From assembly GCF_004010195.1 (NCBI RefSeq), contig NC_057753.1, positions 535,776 through 599,598 on the forward strand: a stretch of DNA of 63,823 nucleotides, given 5' to 3'. Below, in pieces: positions 63,512-63,823 of the stretch. The first letter of the stretch is position 1; the number at the start of each line of letters is the position of its first letter. A model generated the notes under the pieces. That model saw only the letters and a program-made list of their open reading frames with translations, searched no databases and was not told the origin of the DNA. The translations under genes and the position numbers were made by a program. The DNA is from Chiloscyllium plagiosum (lineage: Eukaryota).

Positions 63512-63550
63512 AGCTTTGAGAAAGGGTCAGTTAGACTCGAAACGACAGCT
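63512..63550 (+). ncRNA. Second (inverted) copy of the hammerhead-like motif, probably inactive
   Basis: AGCU-UUGAGAA-A-GGGUC AGUUA GACUC-GAAAC GAC-AGCU; triplet mutated to GAC. Confidence 0.5.
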
Positions 63551-63823
63551 TTCTTCTCTCCTTACAGATGCTGCCAGACTTGCTGGGATTTTCCAGCATT
63601 TTCTCTTTTTTTTGGTTTCAGATTCCAGCATCCGCAGTAATTTGCTTTTTTCTTACATTTGCCCACACGGGCCGTGATCTAACTTTATTTCCTTGTACTC
63701 GTTTGATTTGCTAAATTGCCAGAGAATTTCTCTGCGCAGTATTTGCTATGCTACTGAACTTAATCTCCTCTACAAAACATGAATCTATGCTTCATTTATT
63801 TTTCTTCCAAGTCCACATTTCTC

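Larger units (their letters stand above)
62877..63650 (-). mobile_element. 5'-truncated Penelope-like retroelement with GIY-YIG C-terminus and inverted pseudo-LTRs
   Basis: ORF 63224-63421 (-) DLPVACHFNTQSCSHAHMSVLGLLQCSSEAQHKLEEQQFTFRLGPLQPAGLNIEF is the typical PLE endonuclease end; 62877-63007 is an inverted copy of ~63477-63607. Confidence 0.88.

Overview
Eukaryotic, repeat-rich genomic DNA from a cartilaginous fish, most likely a carpet or bamboo shark (Orectolobiformes, Chiloscyllium-like; inferred from the V and J sequences and the repeat families). The window holds one apparently intact, unrearranged IgNAR (heavy-chain-only new antigen receptor) cluster on the + strand. In order: an octamer/TATA promoter (~26.6 kb), leader exon, one type II-like V, three D segments and one J (all eight RSSs readable and 12/23-compatible), C1-C5 exons, secretory tail with poly(A) signal, and the TM1 exon (60088-60245). 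A TM2 exon could not be placed with confidence. The rest is mostly decayed CR1-type LINEs, HE1/V-SINE-type tRNA-derived SINEs, one Rex1/Babar-like LINE, microsatellites, two N gaps, and about 11 Penelope-like retroelement (PLE) remnants. The PLE remnants carry minimal hammerhead-ribozyme cores (CUGANGA-stem II-GAAA), several arranged as head-to-head inverted pairs. Most ORFs in the supplied track are spurious or LINE fragments. Repeat boundaries are approximate; exon and RSS coordinates were read base by base.
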